NCBI RefSeq assembly: GCF_964355755.1
Contig: NC_092675.1
Coordinates: 2,971,812 to 3,035,811 of the forward strand
DNA from: Antedon mediterranea
Lineage: Eukaryota > Animalia > Echinodermata
Direction: 5' to 3'
DNA length: 64,000 nt
This document shows, one piece after another, positions 62,332-64,000 of the stretch. A program made the position numbers and the translations under genes. Below the pieces are notes generated by a model. That model saw only the letters and a list, made by a program, of their open reading frames with translations, ran no database searches and had not been told where the DNA came from. Position 1 is the stretch's first letter, and each line of letters begins with the position of its first letter.

Positions 62332-64000
62332 GTACCTCTATGGGATTGTGTTAGAGTTCACTATTTAGTTGTATAATACCTCTATGGGATTGTGTTAGAC
62401 TTCACTATTTAGTTGTATAATACCTCTATGGGATTGTGTTAGAGTTCACTATTTAGTTGTATAATACCTCTATGGGATTGTGTTAGAGTTCACTATTTAG
62501 TTGTATAATACCTCTATGGGATTGTGTTAGACTTCACTATTTAGTTGTATAATACCTCTATGGGATTGTGTTAGAGTTCACTATTTAGTTGTATAATACC
62601 TCTATGGGATTGTGTTAGAGTTCACTATTTAGTTGTATAATACCTCTATGGGATTGTGTTAGAGTTCACTATTTAGTTGTATAATACCTCTATGGGATTG
62701 TGTTAGAGTTCACTATTTAGTTGTATAATACCTCTATGGGATTGTGTTAGAGTTCACTATTTAGTTGTATAATACCTCTATGGGATTGTGTTAGAGTTCA
62801 CTATTTAGTTGTATAATACCTCTATAGGATTGTGTTAGAGTTCACTATTTAGTTGTATAATACCTCTATGGGATTGTGTTAGAGTTCACTATTTAGTTGT
62901 ATAATACCTCTATGGGATATGTGTTAGAGTTCACTATTTAGTTGTATAATACCTCTATGGGATTGTGTTAGAGTTCACTATTTAGTTGTATAATACCTCT
63001 ATAGGATTGTGTTAGAGTTCACTATTTAGTTGTATAATACCTCTATAGGATTGTGTTAGAGTTCACTATTTAGTTGTATAATACCTCTATGGGATTGTGT
63101 TAGACTTCACTATTTAGTTGTATAATACCTCTATGGGATTGTGTTAGAGTTCACTATTTAGTTGTATAATACCTCTATGGGATTGTGTTAGAGTTCACTA
63201 TTTAGTTGTATAATACCTCTATGGGATTGTGTTAGAGTTCACTATTTAGTTGCATAATACCTCTATAGGATTGTGTTAGAGTTCACTATTTAGTTGCATA
63301 ATACCTCTATGGGATTGTGTTAGAGTTCACTATTTAGTTGTATAATACCTCTATAGGATTGTGTTAGAGTTCACTATTTAGTTGTATAATACCTCTATGG
63401 GATTGTGTTAGACTTCACTATTTAGTTGTATAATACCTCTATAGGATTGTGTTAGAGTTCACTATTTAGTTGTATAATACCTCTATAGGATTGTGTTAGA
63501 CTTCACTATTTAGTTGTATAATACCTCTATGGGATTGTGTTAGAGTTCACTATTTAGTTGTATAATACCTCTATGGGATTGTGTTAGAGTTCACTATTTA
63601 GTTGTATAATACCTCTATGGGATTGTGTTAGAGTTCACTATTTAGTTGCATAATACCTCTATGGGATTGTGTTAGAGTTCACTATTTAGTTGCATAATAC
63701 CTCTATGGGATTGTGTTAGAGTTCACTATTTAGTTGTATAATACCTCTATGGGATTGTGTTAGAGTTCACTATTTAGTTGTATAATACTGTACCTCTATG
63801 GGATTGTGTTAGAGTTCACTATTTAGTTGTATAATACCTCTATGGGATTGTGTTAGAGTTCACTATTTAGTATAATATTGTACCTCTATGGGATTGTGTT
63901 AGAGTTCACTATTTAGTTGTATAATACCTCTATGGGATTGTGTTAGAGTTCACTATTTAGTTGTATAATACCTCTATGGGATTGTGTTAGACTTCACTAT
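62332..64000. repeat. 44-bp minisatellite (TACCTCTATGGGATTGTGTTAGAGTTCACTATTTAGTTGTATAA)n, at least 37 copies, in a RasGRF intron
   Basis: Direct 44-bp periodicity, highly homogeneous, running off the window. Confidence 0.98.

Noticed and set aside
62332-64000. Possible CRISPR array (also considered for the 20-, 24- and 104-bp arrays)
   Set aside because: Units are contiguous with no unique spacers, there are no cas genes, and the context is eukaryotic.

Overview
AT-rich, intron-rich animal genomic DNA. It is probably a marine invertebrate deuterostome such as an echinoderm, inferred only from gene content, repeat style and TAGGCCTA runs. All recognisable genes are on the minus strand. From left to right: (1) a first coding exon (2139-2197, MEVRVEPLEDLYDLGNEIGR) resembling DAPK/DRAK-family kinases, whose first intron holds a 1.74-kb foldback-type element with tandem-array inverted arms and a 6-bp TSD; (2) a cluster of intronless three-Ig-domain type I membrane protein genes, comprising two intact copies with an RGD in the predicted F-G loop and one internally duplicated pseudogene; (3) 20-bp and 100/104-bp tandem arrays; (4) a complete 13-coding-exon furin-like proprotein convertase of about 1056 aa; (5) an intergenic region with divergent tRNA-like units and CTCF-like motifs; (6) the 3' 13 exons of a RasGRF gene, ending in an intronic 44-bp satellite that runs off the window. 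Introns contain many non-autonomous DNA transposons, SINEs and LINE 3' ends. The best candidate for an undescribed system is the diversifying RGD-bearing Ig receptor cluster. All coordinates were read by eye and no searches were run.
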